The notes under the pieces are model-generated. The model had not been told where the DNA came from. It saw only the letters and a list, made by a program, of their open reading frames with translations, and searched no databases. Below, piece after piece: positions 23,868 to 36,024 of a DNA stretch of 64,000 nucleotides. The DNA is taken from NCBI GenBank assembly GCA_973895155.1, contig OZ316892.1:21887619-21951618 (forward strand). Reading direction: 5' to 3'. Origin of the DNA: Marsupella aquatica. Lineage: Eukaryota; Plantae; Marchantiophyta. The translations under genes were made by a program, and so were the position numbers. Position 1 is the stretch's first letter, and every line of letters begins with the position of its first letter.

Positions 23868-25943
23868 ATGATGGGAAAGGATGAGATTCAAAATTTGTCT
23901 AACTCTAAAGAGTCCCCCCAACATGGATCAAACATGGGTATCAAGATTGATGATGTCAAGGAGATTACGGCTCACTTGCACCACAGCCCCTCCAATTCAC
24001 TTAGACTTCTCATGTGAAGTTCAGCTCCCGTTGGAAATGGGTTTGTAAGAGGAAGAGGGCAACTCGCACTTGGGACAGGGAACTGGACAGGGAAGGAAGC
24101 TCGGGAAGGTCAACATGATAGCAATGGTAGCTTCGGGGATGGGATGCTATACAATGAGTATAGATGGAAGTATCCCTCGCCCTAAAGTAGTCGATGGTGG
24201 ACAGCATGGCCAGTAGCAAGTTAGGAAGGGGAAGTATGCATCTTGGCATTTGTGAGAGGAGAGCTCAATGGTAGTCAAACCTCAGTAGTCGATCCTCAGT
24301 AGTCAAGACTCAGATGTTGATACTCAGTAACTGTCAAACAATAGCTTTGTAGGAGAGCACAATCTTTTGGAACTACAACACTATGTGTCAATTTTATAAG
24401 CTCCCTATGATTTTGAGCAACTTTGAGTAAAGCAATACCTTGCTCGTTTTGTCCTGGAGACCTTCTTTGTCATGGATATAGCTTGCCCTTGACAGTTTGA
24501 CAATGTCTTGTCAGGATAAAGAAATGTTAAGAAGTCGATTGCAACTTTGTTGTGAGTCCATTGATTCATTTTCCAACCACTACAACTTTACTTCGGCAAA
24601 CGCAATGAGCAGTTCAATGTATGGAACCAAATAATCATACACTCACATTCAATGCACGGGTCATTTGTACACAGCATAGTCAGATAGAAAAATCCTTGGG
24701 TGAGTTTCATTATAAGCTAGAAAATTGCACTGAACTCAATGACTAACAGTGTATACACTTCGAAAAGCCTGATGTAAAGCTAAAGCTAAATTTATCATCT
24801 GTTAAGGTCTCTATGGAGGATTCTGCCTGGTGCCCTATGGAAAGCCAAAGCATGGTTCATCACTGGAGCCTGCAACATTGCACCGACCAGTTGGGCCCCA
24901 TTCAATGGATGATCTTTATCCAGCCTTGGAACCTCTCGATCTGTCTCCATAGGGGAGTCTAAGTCGGTCCATTCATCATACTGTGCTTGAACAAAGTTGT
25001 GTAGCTTTGCACATACCCCAATCCAGCGGATCCTAAACACATTGTCTTTCTTCAAGTTCAATTGAGTTCTCACTCCCTCAAAGAGTACCAAGGGGATTTC
25101 AGCACACCAATGCAGTGCTCACTTGTGACCCTACACTTAGCAACACAAGAGTTGAAGCCCTCTTTGTGTACACTGGTGTCTGCTCTCTTGTATGCAGCGG
25201 CCATGTGCAGGAGTGCTACGTAACCAGAATCTCCTAACAAGTACTGCCCATTTGTAAATCCGGTTCCATATTGTTCACCCACAACCACAAGGGTGACTTC
25301 TTCATGCACACCAAATCAGAGCACATTCCATGCATCCTTGGATATGAGACAACACCAAAGGAAGCATATTAAATCAGGAATGACAGTATGAATACCATGT
25401 TAAGCATAGATGATAATGGCAACTGTAAGCACATGACATATTCAATGCGTAAGTAATCGACACAAGATAAACATGGTTCACTTCTTCGAGGCTATGTCCA
25501 CGGAAACACACAATAGAGTTTTACTGAACTCTAAGTCCGTCGGTCATACCAAGTTTCCACAGTGTAAGCTCTCCATAACAATAAGCCTAAGTTTCACTTA
25601 TCCAAGCAAACACCGTTTGACATATAGTGTGCATTCTAGTTAACCTAACCACATCTTCGATTGCAGTTAGTCTAACTATGATTACATATCATAACCCTAG
25701 ACCTTGAGTAAATACCTAACATACCATAATCATTACCCTTACTAGTGAATAGGAACAAGATTTTCCTTCGATGATCACATACCACTTGGGCGTTAATTGA
25801 ATCTCTTGATTTACTATCAAAAATAACATTCACTAGCAAATGTTGTTTGCTGTGGCATCATCAATCTTGATATCCATGTTTGATCCATGTCGGGGGGACT
25901 CTGTAGAGTTAGACTAAAGTTGAATCACCTCCTTCCCACCATT
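23868..25943. repeat. ~90-bp inverted repeat pair (23868-23957 / 25855-25943) bracketing the transposase remnant
   Basis: GTCTAACTCTAAAGAGTCCCCC..ACATGGATCAAACATGGGTATCAAGATTGATGATG is the near reverse complement of CATCATCAATCTTGATATCCATGTTTGATCCATGTCGGGGGGACTCTGTAGAGTTAGAC. Confidence 0.85.
24795..25309 (-). mobile_element. PIF/Harbinger (HARBI1/DDE_Tnp_4-like) transposase fragment, frameshifted and 5'-truncated
   Basis: GQYLLGDSGY..AYKR..FNSCVAKCRVTSEHCIGVLKSPWYSL, a frameshift near 25080, then RTQL..WIGVCAKLHNF. This is the typical C-terminal half of a Harbinger DDE nuclease. Confidence 0.8.
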
Positions 25944-27115
25944 GCAAACCCGAAATTTGTCGATAGCATATCTTGTGCACACCAAAGATCATTTCAATGA
26001 ACTCATGACCACACGAATGCTAGGACCGAAAGAAAACCAATTAGACTGTTTTTCTTGGTCATAGATTCAGAACTATATTCTACGTGAATCAATCAGCAAC
26101 ACAAGGGCATCAAATTAATTCTCGACATGAAATATTAGATTGGACTGGTAATGCGATAGGTCGCAAAGATCCATTCACAGTGCATTTCACAGAAGATATG
26201 GCAATGCTGGCGAGCAATTGCCCTGTGATATGTGGCAAGCCATACCATCTTTATGAGTATCCACAATCCATTCAATGATCTCAAATTTCTAGAGAAACAG
26301 TCTAATTAATGCTATCTGCCCTAGTCTAATGCTACATACAGGTGTTCGGTTTTCAACTTCATCGCAACAACCAAGATCTCCACTAGACATGCAGAGAGTG
26401 TAAGGTCAGCGATGATGAACAAGAGCCTGGCACAGTAGGTGTCTTGCTGTCGAAATCTGCTCTGGTGTATGCCAACTAACTACTCCTTTCTGATGCTGCT
26501 TTCGAATTTAGCTTAGCTTCCACAATGAAAATCAGGAGTCGATAGATTTTGGCAGTGCCAAATCATCAGTCATGAGCTATTAAGTGGCAGGGTCCCTCCG
26601 TAACAGAAGCCCAAAGAGTCCCATCTAAGTCGATGAACTACATTGCAAGAGCTTGGATTGTATCAGCCTACACACCAGGTTTGTGAATTTGTCAAGAAAG
26701 CAGTTTTACAATTCACGGTTGCCCAACCAACAGGATCTGGTAATCAAGCGGCCGCCACAGCACTCTAGAATAATAATCCTCCCCACTTCCATTGTGAACT
26801 TAAATCCATGTGAATAAGCCCCGGAATAAGCCGTGTCTTGGAAGGACTACTCCATAAAGTAAGCTTTGACCATAATTGTCAACTGACCAGCTCCTCGTGG
26901 AAATATAGCTTAAGAAGACTGCCATCTCAAACTCCCCAATCGTATTTCTATCTAAAAAAAGGGCGAGGATACTATCAGAAAGCACCCCTACTGTGATAAT
27001 GAAAGCAATTACTTCACAAAAGCTTGCTTCGCACAAGGCACCCATCTGTGTGGCCCTTTCAAAGCTGTAGCATAAAGTGATGGTATTATGAAACTTCATT
27101 AGGTAGTATATATTA

Positions 27116-29473
27116 CTATTCACTTCGTACCGAAGAAACGGATTGAGCAGAAACAGAATGGGTGGGACTTCCCAATTCGCCATTCGTATTTGATCCCCTA
27201 GACCAACCAGTGAGTAATCTTCGTTGTGCGTCCCTGGCAACAGTTGAGAGCCACTCATCGTCTGGGAGCACGCTGTCTGGATCAGCTCCTGTGGCAGCAT
27301 AGGCATTCACGGCCCTCGAGGTTGTGTCAGAGACAACCTGCCGCATAGTCCTTGAAGAATAACGCCCATGGGAAGCTACCTGCATTATAAATTGCATATC
27401 CAGAACAAATTGCCGAAGCCCATTGGGACCAAGCCCTGTTTCCCCACCGTCCTCAAGTGCCTCCCAGAAGTCTTCTTCATTAGACAGACAAATCACTACA
27501 GTTTCTGTGAGCCGCATCAAGAGCACAGTAACCACTCTCTCCCTTCCGACTAGGAGATCTGCTGCTATTTGAGCAATGTTGGTTAATTTGGCAAAAAGAG
27601 CCTGCATAGTGCGAGAAGGCATGGGATCTTGCAACCAAGCAGAGTCATCTAGTCCATCTAAATCCAGGTTCAGATATGTGTCAGGAGATAGTTGAGCATC
27701 TACATCATCAGGGTTGTAAATCAAGTCTAGAGTGTGGTGCTGACAAAAGTAATCTCGTAGCCTATCTACCTCACGTTGCAGCCTTCTCCTCCACTCCTTC
27801 AGCTCTGGCATCCTAGTCGCTGCATTCGCTGTCTGTCTATCTGAGAGTCTCCTTCCCCGAACGTCTTTACCACCGGTTGAAGGAATGAGCTTCGAAGCTG
27901 CTCTAGGCAACAGCTCATCAGCAAGAGCAGCGGCATTTCCCAATAAAGCAAGCTGTTGAGATAAAGTTTCGGCTGTCTTCACAATACTAGTACTGAGCGG
28001 CTTGGTGGGTCCTTCCTCATCGCCATGAAGGTCCGGCAATGCCTTCAACAATAAGCCTATGTATCCCTCGAAGATGCCTGAAAGAGCATCTAATGTCCGT
28101 CCTGCAAGCTGCATGTTTATCAGAGGGGACACGTCCTCGAGGAAGTCCTGAACCATTGTGTTAAAGTAATGAGCACTGCTAGTTAATTTCATCGCATTAG
28201 CAAAGCTGCCACCAGAGCCAATCGAAGTTCGAACCCCAACACCTCGGGCCTGACTGGCTGGGGGCGCAATAAGGGCCCAGTCATCCGCTGCAGCGAGGGC
28301 AGCCACACTCTCCTCAATTCTCTTTAAGTTGGCATCCAGTGCCTGCTCAACACTGGGTCGAAGAAGTTTCATCAGTGAAGGTGAGAGCGCCAGACCCTGC
28401 TCTTCCAACAATAAACAATGCCCGAGAGCAATTTCAACACATTCAGCAGCAGCTCGGAGCCCCCCTGCTGCTGCAGATGAGGAGAGCACATGCCGTTTCA
28501 CCAACTTGGCAAAGTTTTCCACCTCACAACGTGCCCAGAGAACCGACTCTGATGCATAACTGGGCTCTTCCCCAAAAACAGCAACCGAATCCCAAATGGC
28601 CTGTGCAATAGCTGAGAAAACAAGTTGAGAAAGAGCAGCTGTATATGCCCCTCCATATGATGTTCCACTGGGTCGCAACGTTCTTATATTGTTTTTGAGA
28701 CGTTCATGGTGGGATTTCAGTAGGAGAGTGTGAGCTCGAGGTCCTTCACCAAGCTTGTCAAGGGCAACAATGGCAGATCTCAGTTCAGCTCCTCTTACAG
28801 AAGGTTGGCTCACTGCTTCTGCCAGCTGCTCTGCGAGCCTTGCCCTTTGTTCAAAAAGAACAGCCAGAAGTGGGGCAACGAAAGGCTCATCCCCCTCCTC
28901 TCTTTGTCCTTCCATTGCCAACCTCTCTCCCTCATCTAGAGTCAGCAATGCGTCGGCCACCTTCCTCTCTGCTAGTAGTACATCCAAATAATCCGGCAGG
29001 GCCTGTGCTCGAAGCTCCAGCTCAGAAACACGGTCCCCATCGCTAGCGAGATAATTAGATTCTTCGTCCCCAGATCCTGGAATAGAATCCACGTGAACTG
29101 CCAGGGACGTCCCCTCAGCTAGCCCATGAATTAGGGTTGCCTGAGCGGACAACAGATTACGCATCGCCAGCAATTCGCCTTCCAGGTCAGACAATTCTCG
29201 TGAAGTTCTGATGAAGGCGGTGTAGTTGGCATATACACTCCTCCGCATCTCCTCCGCGGACGCTTTCTTCAAATCCTGCAGCTCCGCACACAGCTGCCTC
29301 ATTCCCTTCTCGCTCATGGAGTGGCATTTCATCTGCACGTAATTGTTGGGGTCGAACTGATCTGACTCGAATACTCGCAGCTCTTCCCCATTGTACGATC
29401 CTGGCATGCCATTCACCAGGATTGGGCCGGAGGCAGCGCCTCTCACCCGCACTGACGGCTTCAACGATCCCAT
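27116..29473 (-). CDS. EXO84: Exocyst complex component EXO84 (EXO84B-like), single coding exon
   Basis: 785-aa ORF with LKKASAEEMRRSVYANYTAFIRTS, GGAYTAALSQLVFSAIAQA, SSAAAGGLRAAAECV, LLMRLTETV and C-terminal SPTHSVSAQSVSSVRS. Confidence 0.95.
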   Translation of the reverse strand: MGSLKPSVRVRGAASGPILVNGMPGSYNGEELRVFESDQFDPNNYVQMKCHSMSEKGMRQLCAELQDLKKASAEEMRRSVYANYTAFIRTSRELSDLEGELLAMRNLLSAQATLIHGLAEGTSLAVHVDSIPGSGDEESNYLASDGDRVSELELRAQALPDYLDVLLAERKVADALLTLDEGERLAMEGQREEGDEPFVAPLLAVLFEQRARLAEQLAEAVSQPSVRGAELRSAIVALDKLGEGPRAHTLLLKSHHERLKNNIRTLRPSGTSYGGAYTAALSQLVFSAIAQAIWDSVAVFGEEPSYASESVLWARCEVENFAKLVKRHVLSSSAAAGGLRAAAECVEIALGHCLLLEEQGLALSPSLMKLLRPSVEQALDANLKRIEESVAALAAADDWALIAPPASQARGVGVRTSIGSGGSFANAMKLTSSAHYFNTMVQDFLEDVSPLINMQLAGRTLDALSGIFEGYIGLLLKALPDLHGDEEGPTKPLSTSIVKTAETLSQQLALLGNAAALADELLPRAASKLIPSTGGKDVRGRRLSDRQTANAATRMPELKEWRRRLQREVDRLRDYFCQHHTLDLIYNPDDVDAQLSPDTYLNLDLDGLDDSAWLQDPMPSRTMQALFAKLTNIAQIAADLLVGRERVVTVLLMRLTETVVICLSNEEDFWEALEDGGETGLGPNGLRQFVLDMQFIMQVASHGRYSSRTMRQVVSDTTSRAVNAYAATGADPDSVLPDDEWLSTVARDAQRRLLTGWSRGSNTNGELGSPTHSVSAQSVSSVRSE

Positions 29474-32400
29474 CTTACGATACCCGTCTTATGCCCTGTC
29501 CAATCTTTCGTCCCACTCTAACGATTCCTCCCTGTCCTCTTCGTTCTTTTCTTCCGTATTCCCGCGATCCCTAGTCCCTGTCCCCTAGATGACCGACTAG
29601 AACTGAAATCCACCAGCCGGATCCACACCAGTACAATCAATTTGTTTTGCGCATGACTTGGGTGGTCTCCCTGTCATTTCTCCTCATCCTTTGCCATCCC
29701 GAAATCCACCGCATACACATCCTGTGTCTCCCTCCTTTCGTACTCTGTTCTCTCTCTTTGCACATGCTCGGTCCTTGGCAGACTAAAAGTGCTCCTGAAA
29801 CAAAAAGTGAAACTTCCGGCGAGCAGGATTTGACCAGTGCAATCAAATCTCTCGTCCTTTGCCTCTCGCCCACTCTTGAACTCCGCGCAGTCTTCGTTGC
29901 ACCACCACCACCACCACCGCCTCACCTGCATCACATCGCTCTCTCTCTAGAACACATTCTGCTAATTGCAACTCGACTAGACTACTGGCAATGGCAGCAC
30001 CAAGACTGCGGCCGAAGACGACGCAGTCGCATTGTGGGAACTGGGACGGAACGATACCTCGTCTTCTGTGAGTAGTGACGACGAAGAAAGTGTCGTGTCC
30101 GACTGGCATCACACGAGCTTCTTCTAGCGTATGGTCGTCCAGGTCGTGCACGACCTCCGGGAAATATTAATTGGCTCTTCTTTAGTATAAGGCACATAGG
30201 CAAATTAGTTCGTGAACCCCTTGGTTAATAAAATCAGGGGGAAGAGTCGATCTGAGTCGTCTTCATTTCTTATCTCCGTAAATTATTTAGTCAGTCTATC
30301 ATAATGGTCAATCTATGGCTCAAAAGAAAAATCTCAAATAGATCTATAGATGGGTTCTGTTTGTTTTACAAATGGGTTAATATTTTTCAAATGAAAAATT
30401 AAACAAATCCAAACCTTCCTAGTCATCGATTTTGTTAATTTTACGATCTTTGCCATCCATTTTGTAATGCCTCTAGAAATCTTATTCATCCATGTTAGAA
30501 GGCAATCTAGGGTGCAAAAGAAAGATCTCAATGAGATCTACGACTGAGTATTTTTTTGTTTTGAGAATGAGTAAATAGTTTTGAGTATAAAATTCGATGA
30601 ACTTTCAAGATTCCGGTCATTCTTCCTCCCCGATCCTGGGTTTCTATGTGCTCTTCCCAGCATTAATGGTCGTACAATACGAGAGGTCCTTACATACGGG
30701 GAGTTGCGGTTTAACAAGGAAGTTATCAAATTAGTTATTAGTCATTATTTATTATATGAAAAATACTTTTTATAAATCATTGAATTTAAATTTTAAAATT
30801 GGAAATGTAACTAAACCGATTACATAGTGACAGTTTTAACCGTCTTGCTCTTTGCATTTCCAATGTTTTTATTTTTATTTTTATTTTTACGGCATGGCGT
30901 CCCAAAATTTACACCCAAATTGACACAAACACGAATGAAAACTATAAATTTGATTCACAAAACCAACGAGTCTTGTTTGTTGCGGTTGTTGTTGACGTGG
31001 CACGCTGTGGTGCCAGGAATTTTGGAAGGGACCTCTAGTGGGGTCCGTAATGAACTGAAAAGTGTTTATAATTAGTGTTACTTAAGAATTAGTGGGGACT
31101 CATTCCAAGTGAGGTACAATTAGGGGTACTTATTCCAAGTGATAAACATATTACACACACTAAGTTTTCAAGTAATAAATACTCTAAATTCTAGGAGAAT
31201 AAAGTATAATTTTAGTTTTTTTCCCCTTACCTTTATGGAATTTTTTGTGAATATTTTCACATTTGGTATTAAAAACCCTCTAGTTCTTATAAGTTGTAAA
31301 ATTGGATTAAAACACACATATATTTCTTCAACAGATCTTTTAAAGCCTTTCGTGCAATTGAATTAAAAAACCTCTAAGTTCTTCGCACATGATGATAGGT
31401 CGAAAGAAAAGAAGTGAGTACCCCAGGCCAATTTAGTGTTCCTAACACTAATATTTACCTATTTACTGTACCCTATATGGTGTTATGTAAATTAGCCAGG
31501 CAGACGAGTCTTGCCATTTTAGTGTTCAGATTTTTACTATCCTGTCCCCCAAACTAACTAACTGATGCCCTCCACATAACATTCTACAACCACACCTTGA
31601 TGCCACAAAGGGCCGGCAGCCATTGCCTTCCTTGCGCTCCCTCCCACGTTTCCATGTTGTTGCCGTCCCCAATGTTGGGGAAACCAGCACGGTACAATCA
31701 CACAAGCACAACCATCAAGCAAGCATACATACCGATACCAAGATACGTGGTTTACCTTTGTCAAGGCTACCACGGAATACTAGAGTTTTACTAAGCTGTG
31801 GTCACCATAACCACACAAAGCCTCATTGTACAGGCTCTCCTCCTAGCACCTAACTAGTTCCCTCACCAATGAGCATGAGTCTCCAATAAAAGCTCTCTCT
31901 GGCCCCTCTATATGCTACATGCAAGAGTCTCAACTAATCACCATTGCCACCCTAATGGTGGTTTAGCCTAAGTAACTACAAGTTAACCCAAGACTAGAGT
32001 TAACCCTAACATCCAATAGCATCACTTTCACAACAACAACTTCTTTTTCCAAATAAAATTAAAATGCAAATTAAGTGAGGGAGACTATTTTACAATTTTT
32101 GTTTCATTTTATTTGTTTACCGTTTGTAGAGAAACCTTCCCAAATTTGTTATTCCATCTAGACTTCCAACACTCTTTTTAAAAACATTTTAAGAAAGGCT
32201 TTTTTTAATGAAGGCCAATGAGACAAAGTTCCCAATAATTTGTCTCCCCAAGACCCGCCTGGCTTTTGACTTGCCTGTGCATCTTGATTAGTCTTGCTCT
32301 CATTGGCTTTTGCCCCAGTTCTTTCCCCAAGTGGGGCCAGCTCTCACTCCGGCCCATGTATTCCACTATTGTAAGTAGTGAAGGCATGCCAGTCCTTCCC

Positions 32401-33677
32401 ACCTTTCTTCCCCATTCTTTCTTTGGAGAATCCTTTTTACCTTTCTGAACCATACTTTCTTTTGAGCTATTCTCAAGGAAGGTGGGTCTTTCTTCAGAGC
32501 TTTTTGGCACAAAGCATAAGAAGAAAGCATTATTCTAATGTGTATTTTAGGAACATTCTAAGCACATAATGTAACAACTGTTTTTTCAGAGTATACATGG
32601 GCTTCTATGTTCGAAAAATGATGAAATCTAAATTTAACATTTTTTTTTGGTGTTGCATTTTAATCTGGAAGTCAAGAACCTAAATAACTTTTCAAGTAGG
32701 CCCTCGAGTGGGCCTTGAGAGAAACTCATTGATCCCTACAATTGTTGCTCTTCAAATGAAAGACTTAATCTGCTGTGAAATAAAGCAGACTTGATACACA
32801 ACCTATTGGGGGGGTGGGGGTCAAACCCTAAAATGTCACATACGATGTATGACCCTCCATAGAGTGACCCCCCCCCATCCCGTGCGTCCACTGGTCTGGG
32901 TGCTCTTTGACACTGACTACAATGTAGATTAGACTCTATGGTTTTAGCCAAACCAGGGGCTTGGATTCCAGTGTAGCACGGTAAAGGATGATCATTCAAT
33001 AGATGCTTCAAATGAAACAGTCTGATTTACTAAAAGCCCATGTTGTTCTTAAAGGCAGACCCAAAATAACTAACCTTATTGTTTTTCCACAAAACTTTGT
33101 AACTCTTCTGAACCATTTAAATGATCATATATTTAGTTGCACCTGATCTGGCACTTCAGTGAACACCCCCCCTAGCTTGTATCATTGTTCCTCTAGAGCC
33201 CTCACTAGCTCATGAATCTTCATGCAGTGGTGTGAGGTGTCTGGATCCTGGAGTCGGTGAATCTTCTGGGAACAGCTTGTGCCAAAGGCATAAAGGTACA
33301 CTTGTCACAGCTCCATTGTCGATGTCAGTCCTTCGTTCGGCTACATTTCAGCTATCATGGTCGGGATCATGGTCTGCAATCTTTGTGCAATCTATGCTTA
33401 CAAGTCCATCTCTTTGTTTGAGTATTGTTGATTTATGTGCTACTTTCATCGTGGAAACCGCTAATCGCAACATGTCTGTGATTACACAATCAGTGTTTTC
33501 TCAGTTTCCATGATTTACATGCTGACGCGCGAGAGGTCAGGCTGACCAAACTCTTATGATCTGGTATCGGATGATCGTATTTCATTAAATTGAATCACAC
33601 ACCAATAGGTCAGTTAGACAAATTTTGTGTTGTCGTGCTAAGCAAGCATAGCTAGGGCAAAGACAACTATGATCCAG

Positions 33678-33830
33678 ACCGCGTGTTAAATCTACGTCAA
33701 GTTAATGCGGTCCGTACACCAAAACATAAACCAGTACACTATATTTCTGATTTATAAACCAAATGATTTGAATGACATGTGTCTTGGTTTATGTTCTGGT
33801 TGTACGGTTGACGTAGATTTAACGTGCGGT
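33678..33830. mobile_element. 153-bp MITE-like foldback element with 8-bp target-site duplication
   Basis: TIRs ACCGCGTGTTAAATCTACGTCAA / TTGACGTAGATTTAACGTGCGGT plus inner arms. Flanked by an identical TGATCCAG at 33670-33677 and 33831-33838. Confidence 0.8.
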
Positions 33831-34825
33831 TGATCCAGCGGCAAAGCATCTTGCTCCGATCCAATACAAAAAGGACCTGAGAGCTAATCATGAATCAACG
33901 GCATAATTCCTCGTTTTGTCAGCACCACCTTGCGACACTCTGAAACATTAGAATGATGTTGCTCGAGATTACTTAGCAGCTACGGAAGTTTTCCTGTAAA
34001 TTATGTAGGGTTTCATTTTAACATTCAGAAAATTTTGGTAGGAACAAAGTTGACCTAGTGAAGGATTAGTTCACCTAGACCTATCCAACTTTGTACTATG
34101 TAGTGGATATCTTGCAGAGCTCGAGAAATGATTTGTGCTCCCACACAAATCCATTTCTTTCCTTGAAGCGTGTCCTTCATGCGGCAGCAAGTACTTGATT
34201 ATTTAGATTGTTCAGTCTGGAGTCTGGTTTTGCCACGTTGTGATTGGTGCCTTTCTAACAAATACAAAGTGCAAGCCATTCGTCGAAACTCAACCAAATT
34301 GTGGTTGAGACGGGGAAAGAAATAAATTCGAAAGAAACCAACAAATTGATTCGGTGGAATGTTATACGGATGGAAATCAAGATTTCAACGTTGCATCTCT
34401 TGCAAATGAACGATGACCTGATAAACAAAGTGGCCCTACGAATCAAGCACTTGAGGTACAGTTGTGTGTACTCTATACCTCAAACCGGCCTTCAAGTTGA
34501 CGAGCTTCTGAAAATAGGGCAACGAGCAGCTCCTGCCTCGCATAGTACCTTCTACTGTCTACTGACATAGATTGCCCTCTCTTCCACTTGCTGGTAGGGC
34601 CACCTTCTCCAGAACAAGGAGATCGGCCATTAGAGGTCCAGTAGCATGTCATTGTGCCCAAGTGGCTGTTTTCAATAATTTGCTCTGTTTCTCAAGACCC
34701 AGACTTTATGCGAGGAGGAAGGAGCTCCAAAACTCTACCAGGGTTTTCAGTTCTCCGTTCAGTAGGGTGTTAACCTTCATGGCTCCTTTGTAGTTTACTT
34801 TTTCGTATTGTGCCTTCTTTGGCTT

Positions 34826-35055
34826 GTGGTTGAGGACCCCTTGTCTTGTTTTTTTGGGGGCCCTTTCCCCTTTCTTTCCTCCCTTTCATTGGGTTGTTTT
34901 GCCTTAGGGATCTTGTAGTGGTTGAGGACCCCTTGTCTTGTTTTTTTGGGGGCCCTTTCCTTTTCTTTCCTCCCTTTCATTGGGTTATTTTGCCTCTGGG
35001 ATCTTGTCTTTGGGATCTTGCTTCCAGGTTAGGAGTTTCTGCCTTCGTGCAGTGT
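34826..35055. repeat. ~92-bp tandem duplication that is part of a dispersed repeat also present, inverted, at ~1665-1793
   Basis: GTGGTTGAGGACCCCTTGTCTTGTTTTTTTGGGG at 34826 and 34918. Its reverse complement matches AACCCAATGAAGGAGAGGAAAAGAAGGGAAAGGGCCC..AAAAAACAAG near 1726-1793. Confidence 0.8.
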
Positions 35056-36024
35056 GCTATATAATAAGGAGTTACTCCTTCCTTCCCTGGACCGAGTTGT
35101 GTCATGGGTTTTATGGCATCTCTCGAATCTGATGTGGGCCACGGGACCCACACCGATATATATATTTTTTAATCGAAGTCTTCGTGCGTGGACGATTTCA
35201 TTTTTGTAAGACTTTCTGTACGGTTCAGACCTTGAGCTAAGCTAAGAACTCGTCAACAAGCTGGGGTCACAGAAGTCGGGATCACGTTGTCTCAACGAAG
35301 TTCCGCTTGCCTTCCACTAGCTTTGGTCTATTTTGCGCAGAGAACCGCTTGCCATCTACTCGCTACGGTCTATTCTGTGCAGAGAAATGAACGGATGATG
35401 CGACGGCCTTCTACAATGGCTTTGTGGAGCGAAGTCGAGTTTATTAATGCGATTTCATTTCATACGCTTTTACTTTACGACAATTTCCCTCCGAGTTCCC
35501 TTCTCCAGCAATGCAACGTGAATTGACCCTGATGGCCCGATGCTCATCTTCAAGGTTGGTCAAAGTTGCATGAACCACTCGACTGTCTGTTTTAGAGTGG
35601 GTTCATTGTTATCTTTACTTGAAAGTCTAGGGAAATAACCCATGATCGCTTTCGACACTGTATTTGGTCGCAGTCTGTTTTGGACTGGTTCATTGTTGAT
35701 CTTCGCTTTGAAAGTGTAGGGATATACCTCTTTTTCGCTACCTCTGTTTCGCTTTCCACTCTAATACTTGGTAATGTTTCGCAGCCTGGACTTCCTGCTT
35801 GAGTCGTTCGCCATGACATTCGACCAAACTGTCAACTAATGTCGGCGTCTTGCTTTCCTGCGGATCATTTCTCCAGAGATGTAGTTTAAAGAATCAAGAA
35901 TTCAACAGCAGAGTCGCAGAATTTATGATGTATTACTCGTCTTCGGTTTGATTGAACACCGAACACGGCACCGATCAGGAGCATTCATAGTTCCTTCCCT
36001 TTGGTTTTCCAGATCTCGCTGGCC

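Noticed and set aside
30195-31462. AT-rich block with weak terminal inverted similarity (possible non-autonomous DNA transposon)
   Set aside because: The TIR match is too short and degenerate, and no TSD was seen.
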